DNA from: Mantamonas sphyraenae STR306
Taxonomy: Eukaryota; Protista; CRuMs
Length of the DNA: 64,000 nt
NCBI GenBank assembly: GCA_026936335.1
Contig: JAPMXV010000006.1
Coordinates: 248,001-312,000 of the forward strand
Direction of reading: 5' to 3'
Under the pieces are notes generated by a model, which ran no database searches, was not told the DNA's origin, and saw nothing but the letters and a program-made list of their open reading frames with translations. Position numbers and translations under genes: made by a program. Position 1 is the first letter of the stretch; each line of letters opens with the position of its first letter. Below, piece after piece: positions 20,953 to 34,900 of this stretch.

Positions 20953-22793
20953 TCACAGGACATCCTCCAACCCATCCTCGTCTTCCGGGGCCACGGTGGA
21001 TGGTACACGTCCACCGGCAAGGGCACTGGTGGACACACCCCCATTGGTGAGGCCACCCACGCTACTACTGCTGCTGCTACTGCTGCCTGTGTTGCCCACA
21101 CCCGCACCCACACCCACACCACCAGGACCAGCTGCTCGCCTGCCACTCTGCCTACGTTGCTGCTGGTCATACGCAGCCATGGCCAGCTCCATGTCCTGGC
21201 CCTGGTCCATCATGGCGGAAACGGCGGCAAACTTGTTCAGCGCAGCGTCGAGTTCCCGCTCGGGCATGTTCCTCGTCATGCGCACAAAGTGGGCCAGCAT
21301 CTCCTGTTCATCCTTGTCCGAATGCTGCCCACCGGCGGCACCGCCTCCTCCCAGTGTGCTCAACGAGGCCATGAGTTTGCGTTCGCGTCGCTTTGCAGCC
21401 ATGCGACGATCCTCCTCCTCGCGCTCCCGTGCCCGGCTGCGTTCGTGCTTGATTTGGGCCGCGTGCGCCGCACGGTCGTCGCTGCTGGCCCCCGCGGGCG
21501 CAGTGACACGCATGGCCCATTTGTAGCGCAGGAATTGTTGGCGCATGGTTTCCAGGAGGGGCCACAGGAACTGGGAGTTGATTTCCCGGCGGCAGGCGTA
21601 GCAGAACACGTTCTGGTTGTCCAGCCGCGCAGCCACACAGTGGCCCGTGGCCTGGTGGTGCTTGTTGATGTGGAACGAGGCGTTGCAGAAGATGTCGAAG
21701 CATTGCAGGCAGACGTAGTTGCTCGACGGCAGCAGTTGGAACGCTGTTTCGTCCACCTCCAGCACGGGGTCGTGCGAACACATGCTGCATGACATGTCCA
21801 TCATTTCCTTCTTGTCCTCGGGCAGGCTTGTCACGTGCGAAAACACATGTGGGCACACGTGCTGGTCGTCCTCGTCCTCTCCGTCGTACTCCTCCTCCTC
21901 CTCCCACGCCTCGTACTCTGTGTCCGACAGGTCTTCAAACCCAATGTCCCCAATGTCTCCGTCCACTCCCACCAAATCCAGCATCCTTCCTCCGCCTTTG
22001 CTCTTCTTTGCCGGTGTCTCTTGTGTCTCCTGTGTCTCCTGTGTCTCTACCGATCCACCTGGCCCGGTGCTGGTCTCTTGTGGTGTGCTTGGTTCTGTTT
22101 CTGTCTGTGCCTCCTCTTCCGTCTGTACAGTTGCTGCTTCGTCGTCGTTGTCGTTTTCGTCGTCGGCGACTTCAATCACTTCCACCTCGTCCTCCTCCGT
22201 CGCTCCCTGTGTCTTGTCATCACCCGTGTCTGCGTCGCCTGGGCCCTCCACCTCCTCTTCGTCGTCGCTGACAAACTGGACCTCGCTCTCGTCGATGAAC
22301 CCGGCCGCAATCGCCCGTTTCGTGACGGCGATGGCCACATCCTCGAGATCCTCGTCCGCAGACACCAAGACCAGGTCACAAGCGTGACAGTAAAACTGGG
22401 GCGCGTGCATCATGCCACACACCAGGTGGTCCTTTGCATCCGAGTGTGATTCCATGTGTCCCTCCCTGTTGCGCCGGGTCAGTGGATAAGAACGAGAATT
22501 CGCGACGCTCGTCAGCCGCAAAACCTACTCTGTGCAGTACACACGCGCACACTGCATGCAGAACCACAGGTCGCCCGATTCTGCCCCGCACGTTGTGCAT
22601 ACACTGTCCACTGTGGGTGGTGAATGTGAGGACAAAGTGAGCGAGAGGGGAATGATGATGAGGAGGGAGCGTCCCCGGCTTTGCTGGCCATGAGAGACGT
22701 ACACTCGGGCAGACGGCTCAAGTCAAACGGAAGAACCTGGGTCAGGTGAGCGCAGGTGCCCTCACGCACCAGCTCGTCAATGCTGCTGCTCAT
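20953..22793 (-). CDS. Protein with two ZnF-UBP domains, acidic linker, no USP/HDAC domain; 2 introns
   Basis: Spliced CAHL..CTTC..LWFCMQCARVYC..GHMESH..DHLVC..FYCHACD and CPH..CSMC..YVCLQCFDIFC..HINKHHQATGH..VFCYAC. Confidence 0.75.
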
Positions 22794-22998
22794 CTGGGGG
22801 AGGAGGGAATCTTTGTTTGACCATGCGCGATGATACCATCCAGTGGTTGTATCTTCTCCACCACCAACACACCCCACAATCCCACGAACCCTCCCACCCG
22901 ACTCACAGCATCCCATTCATGCACATCCATGCGCACGCCCACCCTCCAACCGCCCCAACGCAATCGCAGCTCCACCTACCATCACAGAGTACAAAACA

Positions 22999-23655
22999 AT
23001 GTCTGAACCTGGTACGTACCACCCCCATCTCATCACCCTGCCTCATCCTACATCCGATCCCCTTCCACCGCATGCCCACTCCGGTCTCCAGGGTCCATTT
23101 CCCATGCGAAAACTCTCCGCTCACCCACGCCCCGACCCTTCCCCCCCCCCCTCCCCACCCCATCCTCGACCCATCAACTCAGCCGGCTGGCACCTCTACG
23201 TCGACTACGATGCATTTGGCTGGGCCGAGACTGTGTTGAAGTTTGTGGGCATGATCTTTGGCTTCCTGGCCTTTGCCGACCCGGCCAGCCCTTCGCTTCC
23301 GGCCAACGGCAATGCCATGGGCATCGTCATGTGCGTCCTTGCAGGCTTCCTCTCCATGGGTCTGTTTGACCGCTTCAAGCAGCAGGAGATCTTTGCCATG
23401 GTGTACATCGTGATCAACAGCGCCGCGCACTGGCTTCTTGCCGCCGCCCTCTTGACCCACACCGTGCGTCCCACCTACCTCATTGCCTTCCTCTGTCTCT
23501 ATCTCGTGGCAGACACCACCAAGATGATCTGGCTCCAGCGCAACCTGTACAAAACCTGGCATCCCACGGGCGAAGTCCCCGCCGTCGTCTTTTACATCCT
23601 CACCGGCATCTTTCTCGTCGGCTACATCGTTGTCCTCATCCTCAACTTTGTCTGA
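22999..23655 (+). CDS. Small 5-TM membrane protein of unknown function; one intron
   Basis: MSEP|AGWHLYVDY..GWAETVLK..FDRFKQQEIFAM..HW..D..K; five hydrophobic segments. Confidence 0.75.
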   Translation: MSEPGTYHPHLITLPHPTSDPLPPHAHSGLQGPFPMRKLSAHPRPDPSPPPSPPHPRPINSAGWHLYVDYDAFGWAETVLKFVGMIFGFLAFADPASPSLPANGNAMGIVMCVLAGFLSMGLFDRFKQQEIFAMVYIVINSAAHWLLAAALLTHTVRPTYLIAFLCLYLVADTTKMIWLQRNLYKTWHPTGEVPAVVFYILTGIFLVGYIVVLILNFV

Positions 23656-23880
23656 CGCCAGGCGCCATTGCACGCCACCACCACGCCCACCCAAGAGGAG
23701 AAAGCGCGGTAACGAATGGAAGCAAACACGAGCATCCCTTTCCATCCATCGCCACCCCATCATCCCCAACACCCCATCCCCATTCCATCCCCCGTCTTGC
23801 TCCACTCCGCACCACTCCGCACCCCTCCTTTCCCCCCTTCCACCCCCTCGCCCCATCCCACCCACCCCAACCAGCAACAC

Positions 23881-24895
23881 ATGTCCCAAATCTTTGAAAG
23901 CAAGACCGTGGAAGAGGTGGCCGACTTCTGGAATGCCCGCCCGTGCAACATCCGCCACAGCAACGCCGAGTTTGGCACCAAAGAGTACTTTGACCAGGTG
24001 GAGGCCAAGAAGTACAAGGTGGAGCCGCACATCCCGGTCTTTGCCCAATTCGAGCGCTGGGAGGGCAAACGCGTCCTGGAGATCGGCTGCGGCATCGGCA
24101 CAGACAGCATCAACTTTGCACGTGCCGGCGCAGACCTCACCATCATCGAACTGAGCGAAAAGTCCCTGGAGGTGGCCAAGAAGCGCTTCGAGGTCTTTGG
24201 TCTCGAGGCAACCTTCATCCAGGGCAACGCAGAGGAGCTGGTCGACCTCCTCGGCGACGACTGCGAGCCCTTTGACCTTGTTTACTCCTTTGGTGTCATC
24301 CACCACACCCCGTTCCCGTCCAAGGTCACCCAGGCCGTCACAAAGGTCCTCAAGCCCGAGGGCGAGTTTCGCTTCATGGTCTACTCCAAGTTTTCCTACA
24401 AGCTCTTCTGGGTCATGCACGAAAACAACCAGTGGGACTTTGGTCGCATGGACGAAATCATGGCCGAGAACTCAGAGGCCCAGAGCGGCTCTCCGGTCTC
24501 CTACACGTGCGTGCTGCAGCCCCCCCCCCAAAACCCGTTTCTCGCGCCGTTTTTGCCTTCCCTCCCTCGTCTCCCCATGGGCCCCTTTCCCTCGTCTCAC
24601 ACCTCCCATGCCTTTCCGTCCCTCCACCTTGATCACTGCCCCCTTCCCCCCCCCCCCCCCCCAATCCCACAGCTACACCTTTGACGAGGTCAAGAAGGAC
24701 CTGCTGGGTGATGCCTGGACGGTGACGGAGATCTCCAAGGACCACATCTTCCCCTACTCCATCCCAGAGTACCGTGAGCACAAGTACGTGCGCGACAAGT
24801 CCTGGGAGGGCGTCTCGGACGAAACCTTCCGTGCCATGGAGAAGGAGTTGGGCTGGCACACTCTTGTTGTGGCCCAGCTGGCCAAGCAAGAATGA
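23881..24895 (+). CDS. Class I SAM-dependent methyltransferase; one intron (~24507-24672)
   Basis: [11 protein letters not shown] motif [37 protein letters not shown]. Confidence 0.9.
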
Positions 24896-24967
24896 GATGT
24901 TGCTGTTGTTGATCGGATCCAATCCATTCCCTTCCCCCTCCTCGTCTCTCTGCCATCCCAAACCTCG

Positions 24968-27900
24968 TCAATAGCTGGGGTTCTGCCCTGTGCCACACCA
25001 GGGACAGGCACGCATCTTGGCAAGCAGCCTGTTCCAGTCGTCCCTGCGTGCGGGCTTGTAGCACGACTTGCAGTTGGCGTGGTCCCTCTCGATGACCGGG
25101 TACCCCGTGGCAATGCAAGGTTCGTACTTCTTGCTGCAGTTGGGACAACGCAGGCTGGCTTCGTAGATGTCAGCGCCGCATGCGTCGCACGGCCGCGTTT
25201 CCAGTTCCTGGGAGATGTGCCTGTTGGTCAGGTTGGCCAGCACCCACGTGCGAGCCTCCTCTGTGGCCTCGTCGTCCACAAACGTGCTCTTGGGCAGTTC
25301 AAACTCAAAGGGCACGTCCGTGCGCGCAAACGACTGGTTGTCCTCCAGCATTTCCGTCTCCTCCAACTGCACCGCGTCCATGATGTCCAGATATCGGCTC
25401 CAGATCACCCACGCCATGTTGTCCCGTCCCGCCGCACGGCAATCCGCGCCGGCCTCGTAAAACACCCGATCCGCAGGCACCAGATTCGCATACCGCAACA
25501 GCGACACACTCAGCTTCGCCGCAATCTCCAGCAGACCCCCTGCACGCGCGTCGTCACGCAGCGCCACAAAGTGGCTCACCAGCAACAGATCGCGAAACTC
25601 CTGTCCCGACTTGCCGTAACTCTTGGCCCCCTTGCCCAGGTTGCCTCCGCCGCTGCTACTGCCATCATCAAATCCACCAAACGACGACGATGACGACGAC
25701 GACGACGATCCACCAGCGTCTCCACCGCTGCCCTCGCCATCCAGCGATTGCACCAGTTTGTACATCATCTGACGCAGCTCGCGGATGCCCTCGTTTGTGT
25801 TGTCGCCCTGCGGACGCGCAAGCACAGACTGCGCCAGCTGCCTGTACATGGGAAAGTTGTCCACCACGGCAGGGGCGCCATACTTGTTAAACACCCCCAT
25901 GGCCTGGGCCGCCTTGTCCTCCTTGAGCAGCGCACGCGCATACATGGCCGCGTAGCGATTGATCACCTCCTGGCTCTGCCCGCTGGCAATCTCCATGCAC
26001 TGTTCCCACTCGCCCTTGTCCGCGTGGATCTCCAGTGCGTCGCTCACGTTGCCCGAGTTGATCAGTCCGCCAATGTTGCCACTCTGCTTCAGGTGCGCCA
26101 CATACGCCGCCTGCACCGTCTCGGCCAGCTCCGGCGCACGCCTCGCCGCCACCTCCTTCGCCTTGTCCCACAGGTTGGCCTTTACGTACACGTTGATGGC
26201 CGCCTTGAACGCACCCACCCCCACAAACAGTTCCGCCGCACGCCCGTACTCCTTGATGCCAATCAGCCGCTTCGTCACCAGGCCCACCACGTCCTCCACG
26301 CGTCCGGGCTCGTGCGACTCTGCCAGACGCACCGCCTTCTCCCACACCTCCACCAGGTAGCCACGGTCCTGGATGTTGGCCTCGGTGGCCTTCAGGTACG
26401 CGTCGATGGCCTTGCCGTACTCGCCGTTCTGGATCAGGAACGGCACCTTGTCCAGCAGCTTCATGATGTCCGCCGACGTCGCGTCCCCGCGTTCGCTGGC
26501 ACTCGCCAGGTAGCTCGTGTACTCCGCCTTGAGTGCCCGTGCGTTGTGCGGCTCGTACTCCTCCGTCAGCCGGATGGCGTCCTCCCACCTGTTCTTCGCC
26601 TTGTACGCCTCAATCATCCGCTCGGGCTTCTTCGCACGCAGGAAGAACGACTCGGCACGCGCGTCGTCCCCATTCTCCAACGCCTCTGCACCCTGCGCCA
26701 GCGACACCTCCACCACACTCTCCGGATCGTACGCCTCCGCCACACGCACCGCGTTCAGCCAATCCTTCTGGTGGATGTACATCAGCACCGCCTCCTTCGG
26801 CTTGTCCGCCTGCAGAAAGTGGTCCTCCGCCTCCTTGAACTGGCCCTCGTCCTCCAGGTAGATCGCCTTGCGCAGGTAGATGTCCGGCAGCTTGTGCTTC
26901 GCGTTGGCGTTGGCCAGCTCAAACGCGTGCACAAAGTTCAGGCACTCGCACGCATAATCGATGGCCGGCTCAATCAGCTTCAGGCCCGTCAGCAGACGCG
27001 CGCCGTCCTCGCCCCCGAGGTGGTACGCCCACGCAAACGCCACGTGCGTCGCCGCCTTGGGTCCCCCGTGCACCTTGGCCACCGTGATGGCGTCCTCCCA
27101 CCGGTCCGCCTTGCGATACATGTTCACCGCCGCCTTCCAGTTGCCCGCCGCCGTGTAGTGCTGCTCCGCACCCTTGAAGTTGTGCTCCGACGCCAACTGC
27201 GCCGCCAGACTCAGGTGCTCCTCCTTCAGCGACTCGGGCGCAAAGCGGCCCAGCAGGCGGAACTGTGCGTCGTAATCCCTGGCCTTGCGGTACATCTCAA
27301 TGGCCAGGTCGTGCGCCCCAATCGTCAGGTACAGCTTCTCCGCGTCGCCCAGCTTGCCCTGTGCCTCCAGCCGCTGCGCCTGCCCAATGTACAGCACGTC
27401 CACGTCCTGCGGCTTCATGTACTGCGACGCCACCGCGTACGCCTTGTCCCACTGGTCCGCACTCGTGTACATCTCCACCGCGTTGTTCGGCAGGTTGGCC
27501 TTGATGTAGTACACCTCCGCCTTCTCCAGCTGCTTGTTCTTGTGGTACCGTCGCGCAATCTTCTTGTAGTAACGCCCCTGCACCTCCGGCTCCACCGTCT
27601 CCACCAACTGTGCCGCCTTGTTCAGCAGCCGCGCCTCGATGGCCGCCTCGATGGCCTTGATGTACTTGCCGGCCTCCATGTAGTGGTTGATCGCACTCTC
27701 CAGCTGCTTGTTGCCCACCAGGTGGTCGCCGTACTGCTCCTCCAGCTCCGTCACCTGGTTCGGGTACACCTGACGGCACAGCTCAATCGCACGCCGGTAC
27801 ACGTTGCCCCGCTTGTACGCGTCCAGCGCCCGGTCGTGCTTGTGCATCTCCGCAAAAAAGTCGCCCGCCTGCTCAAACAGCGAGGCGCGGAACAGGGCGT

Positions 27901-30881
27901 CCGCAATGCGCTCCTGCAGGTCCTGTTCGTAGTTGCCCATCGATTGCTGGTTGAACAGGTGCGCCGCACGGCCCGGCAGCCCTCCCTTCAGGTACAGAAT
28001 CACCGCCTGCGTGTAGTTGCCCTCGCGCTCCTTCAGCTGGCCCGCCTTTTCCTCCTGGCCCGTCTTGAGCAGGTGCGAAAAGTAATCCTTGCGCAGCTGC
28101 TCCAGACGCGCGTGGTTCTTGGCTTCGGCCAGCGCAATGCAGTCCTCCCACCGGCCCAGCTGCAGGTACATGTCCATGGCCTCCTCCACCTTGCCGTTCT
28201 CCAGCAGGATTGCCTCGGCCTGCTTGAAGTTGCGGTTCAGCGTGGCAATCTTGGCCCGCACCTGGTAGTGTGCGTACGGGTCCCCGCCCGGGTTGCTTTC
28301 GTTCAGCTCGTCGATGATGTCGTTGATCATGTGCAGGTAGTGCGTCTTGCTGATGTCCCCTCGCGCAGCGTAGCACCGCTCCGCAATGTGCAGCAGGTGT
28401 TCGTCCAGCGCACGGTCCGACAACTGCGCCCACATCGCCTCCGTTTCCGGCGTCAGCTCCAGGTCCTCCAGGATTTGGATCGCCCGGTCGTAGTCCTTGT
28501 CCTCCATGGCCGTGCCAAACCCAATCAGGGTGTCGTCCAGCACGTAGCGACCCGTGGTCAGACCCTCGTCCACGAGCACCTCGGTGCCCTCCTGCGAGCG
28601 CACAATGTCCACAATGTCGCCCTTGATCTTAAACACCGTCACCTGGTCCGGCGTGTCGATGCTGTACCACACGCACAGGTTGTCCCTGTTCTGCGCCACC
28701 ACCACGTCCGACTCGGGCACCCATTGCACGTACGAGCAGTAGTTGAGCAGCGTCGTGCTCTCGTTGCTGTCCAGGTCAAACAGGCGCAGGTGGCGCCGCT
28801 TGTCCCTGTACAACAGCTGCTTGGCACTCCCGTTCAGCTCCAGCCAGTCGATGCGCGAGTCGTGCGACACGGTGGCCAGCGTGTACTTGTTGATCATGTC
28901 CACAATGCGGATGGTCTGCTGGTCCACCAGGTACGCAATCACCTTGTACTCGTGCGACACGTTGCGTTCGTTCATACGCACGCTGATCAGGTGCAGGTTC
29001 ATGTGCTCCGTGCGACACATCGCAAGCACGTCATTGTTGCCATACTCCACCAGCGTCAGCTCGCCTGCGTTGAACACCATGCACGAGCCCGGATAGTCAA
29101 AGTGGAACTTTTCGTTGCCCGACCCCTGCCACGCAATTTCAGACAGCTTCCGCGACGCCATGTCGCCCACCAGCAGTGTTTCCGGCGTGTGGCACACAAT
29201 GTACTGGTCCTGGTAGATGTTCACCTTGGTGATGTCGTAGCCAAACTGCGACTTGAGCACAATCTTGGTTTGCGACGACAGACGCTCCACAACCACCTGC
29301 GAGTTGCTCACGTACGTGATCTCGTACGTCCCTTGGTATTTGTAGCGTCGGATGCACGCGTCGTACGCCTCCACGCCGCCGCACAGCGTGCCCACCACCA
29401 CACGCGACCCGTCGCTCTTCCACGACGCCGCCGTCAGGCTGTACGCGTTGTCGATGTACCGCACCGCCGTCTCCTGCCATTGGTACTTCTTTGCGTTGTA
29501 TGTATACACGCGGAACTGGTTGAACGATCCCACCACCATCGACGTCGCGTTGGGCGACACCGCCGCACACATAAACTCCTTTTCGTTCTCGTCGTTGCCG
29601 TAGTCGAAGCGCTGATTCACCTGGCCCGACTGGCTGTCGTAGAACGTCACAATCTTGTCGTTGCCTGCACACATGATGCTCTCGCCCCATGCCACCGTAA
29701 ACGGAGGGCACGAGTGTTGCAGCAGCGGCGGCTGTGTCAACCGTGTGTGTGTGTGTGTGTGTGTGTGTGAGTGTGAGTGTCCCTTTCCCATCACCTCTCC
29801 TCCCCTCCTTCCCCCCCCCCTCCCCCCTGCCCTCTGTGAGGGACAATCCCCCTCCTTTACCCCCCCTCCCACCCACGCCGTGCAACTCACCGGAGTCATC
29901 TTGCCGCTCAACCCGTCCTCAAAGCTGAACCGAAACAGACAGCCATCGAGGTGGGCAGAGAGAAACGCATGGCCGTCCGGTGCGCTGATCACCTTGCACA
30001 CGTAGTTGCCATCGCCGTTGTAGATCGTCCCGCTCTTCCTGCTGCGCAGGTTGCCGAGCTTCACCTGTGTACAACCACCACCACACGCACACATACCACA
30101 CACACCACACAGCACACATACAAACATACCACCAGCCCCCAGTGTGAGTCTCTGCTGTCCTTCTGCTGGCCTGGGCGTGCGTCTGCGTGCGCAGATCCGC
30201 CGAACGGCTGCGCGCCAAAAAACGGCTGCGCCGCGCACAGGGCTCGCCCCACGCGTTCTGCATGCATTGCAGGTCACAAACACACGACCAAACGTTGGCA
30301 AAACCCGTCTCGCATCCACCCACCTTGCCGTCGGCGGTGCCAAAAATCAGCTCGTTGGGGTGCAGGCGCGGCCAGGTTACGGAAGTGACCGGCGAGCTGA
30401 CTTCGAACCGGCAGTAGATCGTCTTCTTTGTGCCCCACTCATTGCCCAGTCGGTACACAAACACTGCGTTGTCCGACTGTGCGATGGCCAGCATCGACGA
30501 GTCGGGCGAAAACGCCATGTCGCGCACCGTAAACGTTTTCGGACCCTGTGCAACGCGTCCCCCCGGAGTCAGCGCGCGCGCGAATTTCGACCCAACACAC
30601 TGGGTCCCACACGTGTTTGTGCACGTGCACACACTTTGTGCCTTGGCGCACGCACAGCCACGTCACCCTCCCTCAGCCCACACCATCCGTTCACTCACGT
30701 CCTTCTTTGTGGCCTTGGCCGAGAAGCGGTCGAGCATCTCAAAGTTCTCGTCAAAGAGCATCACCACCAGGTTTGTGGTCACCACGGCCAGGCGCATGCC
30801 GTCGGCACTCCATGCCATGGCCGTCACGCGGTTGATGTCTCCAGCCGCAGCAATGACCGTCTGAAAGTGACGCAGTTGCAT
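24968..30881 (-). CDS. IFT172: Intraflagellar transport protein 172; three 5' introns
   Basis: MQLRHF..AMAWSADG..DRFSAK, AFSPDSSMLAIAQSDNAVFVYRLG.EWG.KK, YCSYVQWVPESDVVVAQNRDNLCVWY, TPR-like solenoid, C-terminal Zn finger. Confidence 0.97.
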
Positions 30882-31908
30882 TGCAAGAGTGTTGTGTTGG
30901 TGGTGGCCGCGCCAGTCGCCGCAACACAAAACACAACAGCGGCAACACCGTTTCCAGTTGCCAACCCCCCAACAACCACACTTTTCTTATTCTGGAAGGA
31001 CGCACCACAGCTTCCGCCTTGCGAACAGCCCAATTCAACCACAACGGCTCGCCTTTTCGCAACCTTCCACATCCAGTCAAATTTGCTCTCCACAGACATG
31101 AAAGGTACCATCCACACTCGCTTCCGTGTGCGCACACATCCCCTCGCCCTTTGCTGTGTATCTTTCGCATCCACCACATCCCATGTGCATGCCTGCGTCT
31201 CCCTCGCCTCAGGGTTGCGTCCCTGCCCCGCGGCGTTTTTAGTTTCTCCGACGCTGCCCACTTTGCACGGCGCCCGTGCTCCCGTGTGTGTGTCCACGCC
31301 TGCGTGCATATGCATACGCGCTGCTCCACAGCTGTGACCAGCCATTACGGGGCTTCTACAGTGGCAGCACATGGTGTGGCACGTGTTCAGGGCCGTTTTG
31401 CGTTCAGGAGCCGCTCCCACCAGCGGAAAAAAGCGCCATGCGCACCGGCCCGCGCCTCGTGCCTCCATGCTTCGTTTGCTCCGTGCTCGCCCTGTGCCCC
31501 ACCGCCACGTGGCCATCCTGCATCTACTCTTTATCATGCGTGTGCCTCTGCGCCATTTCTCGTTCCTCCTGGGCTCCGAGGGCGGGAGGGAAAAATTCGC
31601 ACAACCTTTGCCGCCAAAGGCCCGTCTGCGCCAGGAGAGAGAAGAGCGCAAGCCTGGCAACGCCCCACAGAAACGCCCCATACGCGTAGCTGAGCGCACC
31701 CGCACACACGCAACCATGTCCACCTGCACTGTGTGCACATGCGCCATACACACACATGCATGCGCCGCCTTGTGCTTCACCATGGGCCCCTCCACACGCT
31801 GTTTTCTACAGCGGACATTCACCATTGCTCGCCTGCCGCCTCTTTGCCCTTCCCAACGCCCCACGCGCTCACACAGCCGCCTGCTTCCTGCGCCACTATC
31901 TCTCAGAC

Positions 31909-34900
31909 ATGCGTATCAGCACTCCCCTCTTTCTGGTTGTGGTCAGCCTCTGCCTGGTGCAGCTCGTCACTGCAGGTAGGTTTCGCAAACCGGTTTTTTT
32001 CCATTTTTGTGTCACAGCCCAAATCATCGCGGCAGTTTTCTCGCACGCAAACGGCTGGCCCGCCTCTTGCTCTTGCTCCTTCGCTTCCCCTTTGGCCGCC
32101 CTCCCCTTGGCCTGCCCCCACCTTGTCCCCGTCTCATACCGCTTCCCTTGTCCACACCTTGGCTCACACCGCCCTTCCCCGCTTGCACAGACGCCGCTGC
32201 CGAATGTCGCCAGACGAACGAGCTTGAAATCGCTCGTGTCAACCGACTCCAGCTGGGCAAGCTGTACCACGAGAACCTCGCACTCAACACAAACACCACC
32301 GGCACCACTGCTGGCACCGGCAAAGGCGTGACCCCGTACAAACTCGTCGACGGCGATCGTTGCTGCTCCAATGCAGACAACACCACCGACGGCGAAAAGT
32401 GCGGCGTCTCTTTCGCCCTGGACAACAACAACTACATCTATGCACAGGTTACCATCAACCAGACGGCCTTTGTCAACGAGTTCATCACCGCATGGTACCT
32501 GCCTTGCCGCAACGAACCCCGTCCCTTTTACGTCCTCCAGTACTACGACTATGTGACCCACGCCTGGACGGACATGTATACGCGTGTCCTCAAGGCAAAC
32601 TCCATCGTCAAGGAGGAGCCCAAGCCCTGTTATGTCATTCCCGGTGACAAGGGTGATGTCTCGTTGTGCATCGACTTCCTGGACTACCCCGCACGTCCCT
32701 CCGACCAGTTCCGCATCCGCTTCAACAACTCCGAGGCCTCCACAGGCCTGCCCGCGGATTTCACCGACGGCGGCTGGATCTACGAGATGGAGGTCCACGG
32801 CGTGTACGCAAACAAGCCCTGGGAGCTCCAGAACGACGGCCTCTCCATCAGCACCTTCCAGAGCGCCCTCAACGTCTCCCTCGGCCAGATCAACCTCTAC
32901 ACGGCAAACATCAACCAGGAGCGCCTCCATAGCCAGGATGTGGCCACCACAAACGTTGTGGCCAAACTCGTCACCTATCCGGCAGGCGCAAACGCAGACC
33001 ACCTGCTCATCGGCTCCAAGAACCTCACCGTCGTCAACGGCAACGCAAACTTCACCGACCTCAAGGTCGAGCGTCCCCCGGCAGGCACCTACAACCTGAC
33101 CTTCAACGCTCCCGGAGTGCCCGTGCCCACCTCGGTTTTGTTCACCATCATTCCGGGTCTCCCCTACGAGCTCAAGGTCATCAGCGGCGACGCCTCCTCG
33201 CAGAAGAGCGCCATCAACGGCGCCATTGCGTCCGTCACCGTGTCTGTGCGCGATCCGGGTAACAACGTGGTCACCAACCACACCTCGTACCAGGACCCGC
33301 ACATGACCGTGTCCATCACAAACTCGGTCACAGGCTCCTTTGGCGGCACCAAGTACGTGTCCATCAGCAACACCACCGGCTCCGCCATCTTTAGCGACCT
33401 CACCCTGAACCGCCCCACCAAGGGCTCGTACACACTGTACTTCAACACCCCGGGCGTGTCCATCAACACCACCAGCACCTTTACCATCACCGAGGGCAAC
33501 CCCGAAACCCTCGTTGTCGTCGCTGGCAGTGTCACCGGACCCCACCCGTCCATCGCCTCCACGCTGATGAACACCGTGCAGATCGAGGCTCGCGATCCGG
33601 GTAACAACCTGACCCCGCTTGCCTCGGGCACCGCCGTGACCGTGACCATGCCTTCCAACGCCTCGTTCACCCTCACCGGCACCACCTCGGAGACCGTGCA
33701 AGCCAACGGCACCGTCTTCTTTTCCAACATCCGCGTGCTCCGCCCCGTCGTCGGCGACTACAAGCTCGACTTTGCCCTCGCCGGCGTCGGCACGGCCGTC
33801 GTGTCCACCATTGCCAAGGTGAGCATCGGTCCTGCCACCGAGCTGCGCATCGGCAACGCTCCGGGCCACACCTACGTCTCGGACTACGTCGTCAACCTGA
33901 ACGCCATCAACGTGCGCGCCCACGACGCAGGAGGAAACCTCGTCGGCGCACAGGACACCCTCACGCGCCCGGTCACGGTGTCCATTGCCAACGCGTCGCA
34001 GGCGCTGAACGGCTCGCTCTCGGTCAACATGACCAACGGCGACGTCACCTTCAACGCCCTGTCGCTGCTTGCGCCGCCCATCGGCACCTACACGCTGGTG
34101 TTTAGCACCACGGGTCTGCTGTCCACCACGCAGAACCTCGTCGTCAACGTCGGTCCCGCACGCATCCTCGCCCCGACCATCACCTACATTGCGCGCTCCA
34201 GCATCGAAACCGTCTCGCTCGGCTCCATCACCGTGCAGGTCCTCGACGCAGGTCGCACGCCCACTGGCACTTCCGACAGCGCAAACAACGGCCGCACCGT
34301 CACAGCCGCCTTTGTGCCCTCGCGCCAGATCGGAGGCACCCTCACACCTGCGACCGCCAACGGTGTCGTGACCTTTTCCGACCTCAGCATGAACGCCCCC
34401 GTGGCACAGAACTACACGCTGACGTTCAGCGCCGCCGGCCTGGTGACGGGATCGCTTGTGGTTGCTGTGACACCCGGCCCTGCGCGCAGCCTGCAGATCA
34501 AGCCCGGCACGACGTACGTGTACCCGAGCAACGTGACGACGCGCATCGCCGACGTGATTGTGCGCGCCCACGACGCCTCCAACACGTTTGTGGGCACGTA
34601 CCAGATGGCCCAGAGCGGCTCGCTGAACGCCACGGTGAAGATCAACACCGCCGGCTCGGCCCTGGGCGGCGTGCTCGGCGCCAAGGACCTGACCAACGGC
34701 GAGGTGACGTTTGGCGGCCTCACGCTTGCGTCGCCGCCTGTGGGCACCTATGTGCTGGAGTTTTACATGAACTCCCTCGTGTCTGCGCTGCTCAACGTGA
34801 ACATCACGGTGGGTGCCGCGTACCGCCTGCGCGTGGTGGACCCTGCGTCGATTACGCGTGACTCGGTGGTCAACGCGGGCATCACGGGCGTGGTTGTGCA

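Noticed and set aside
30940-30965. RFX X-box upstream of IFT172
   Set aside because: Only half-sites (GGCAAC, GTTGCC) without a properly spaced palindrome.
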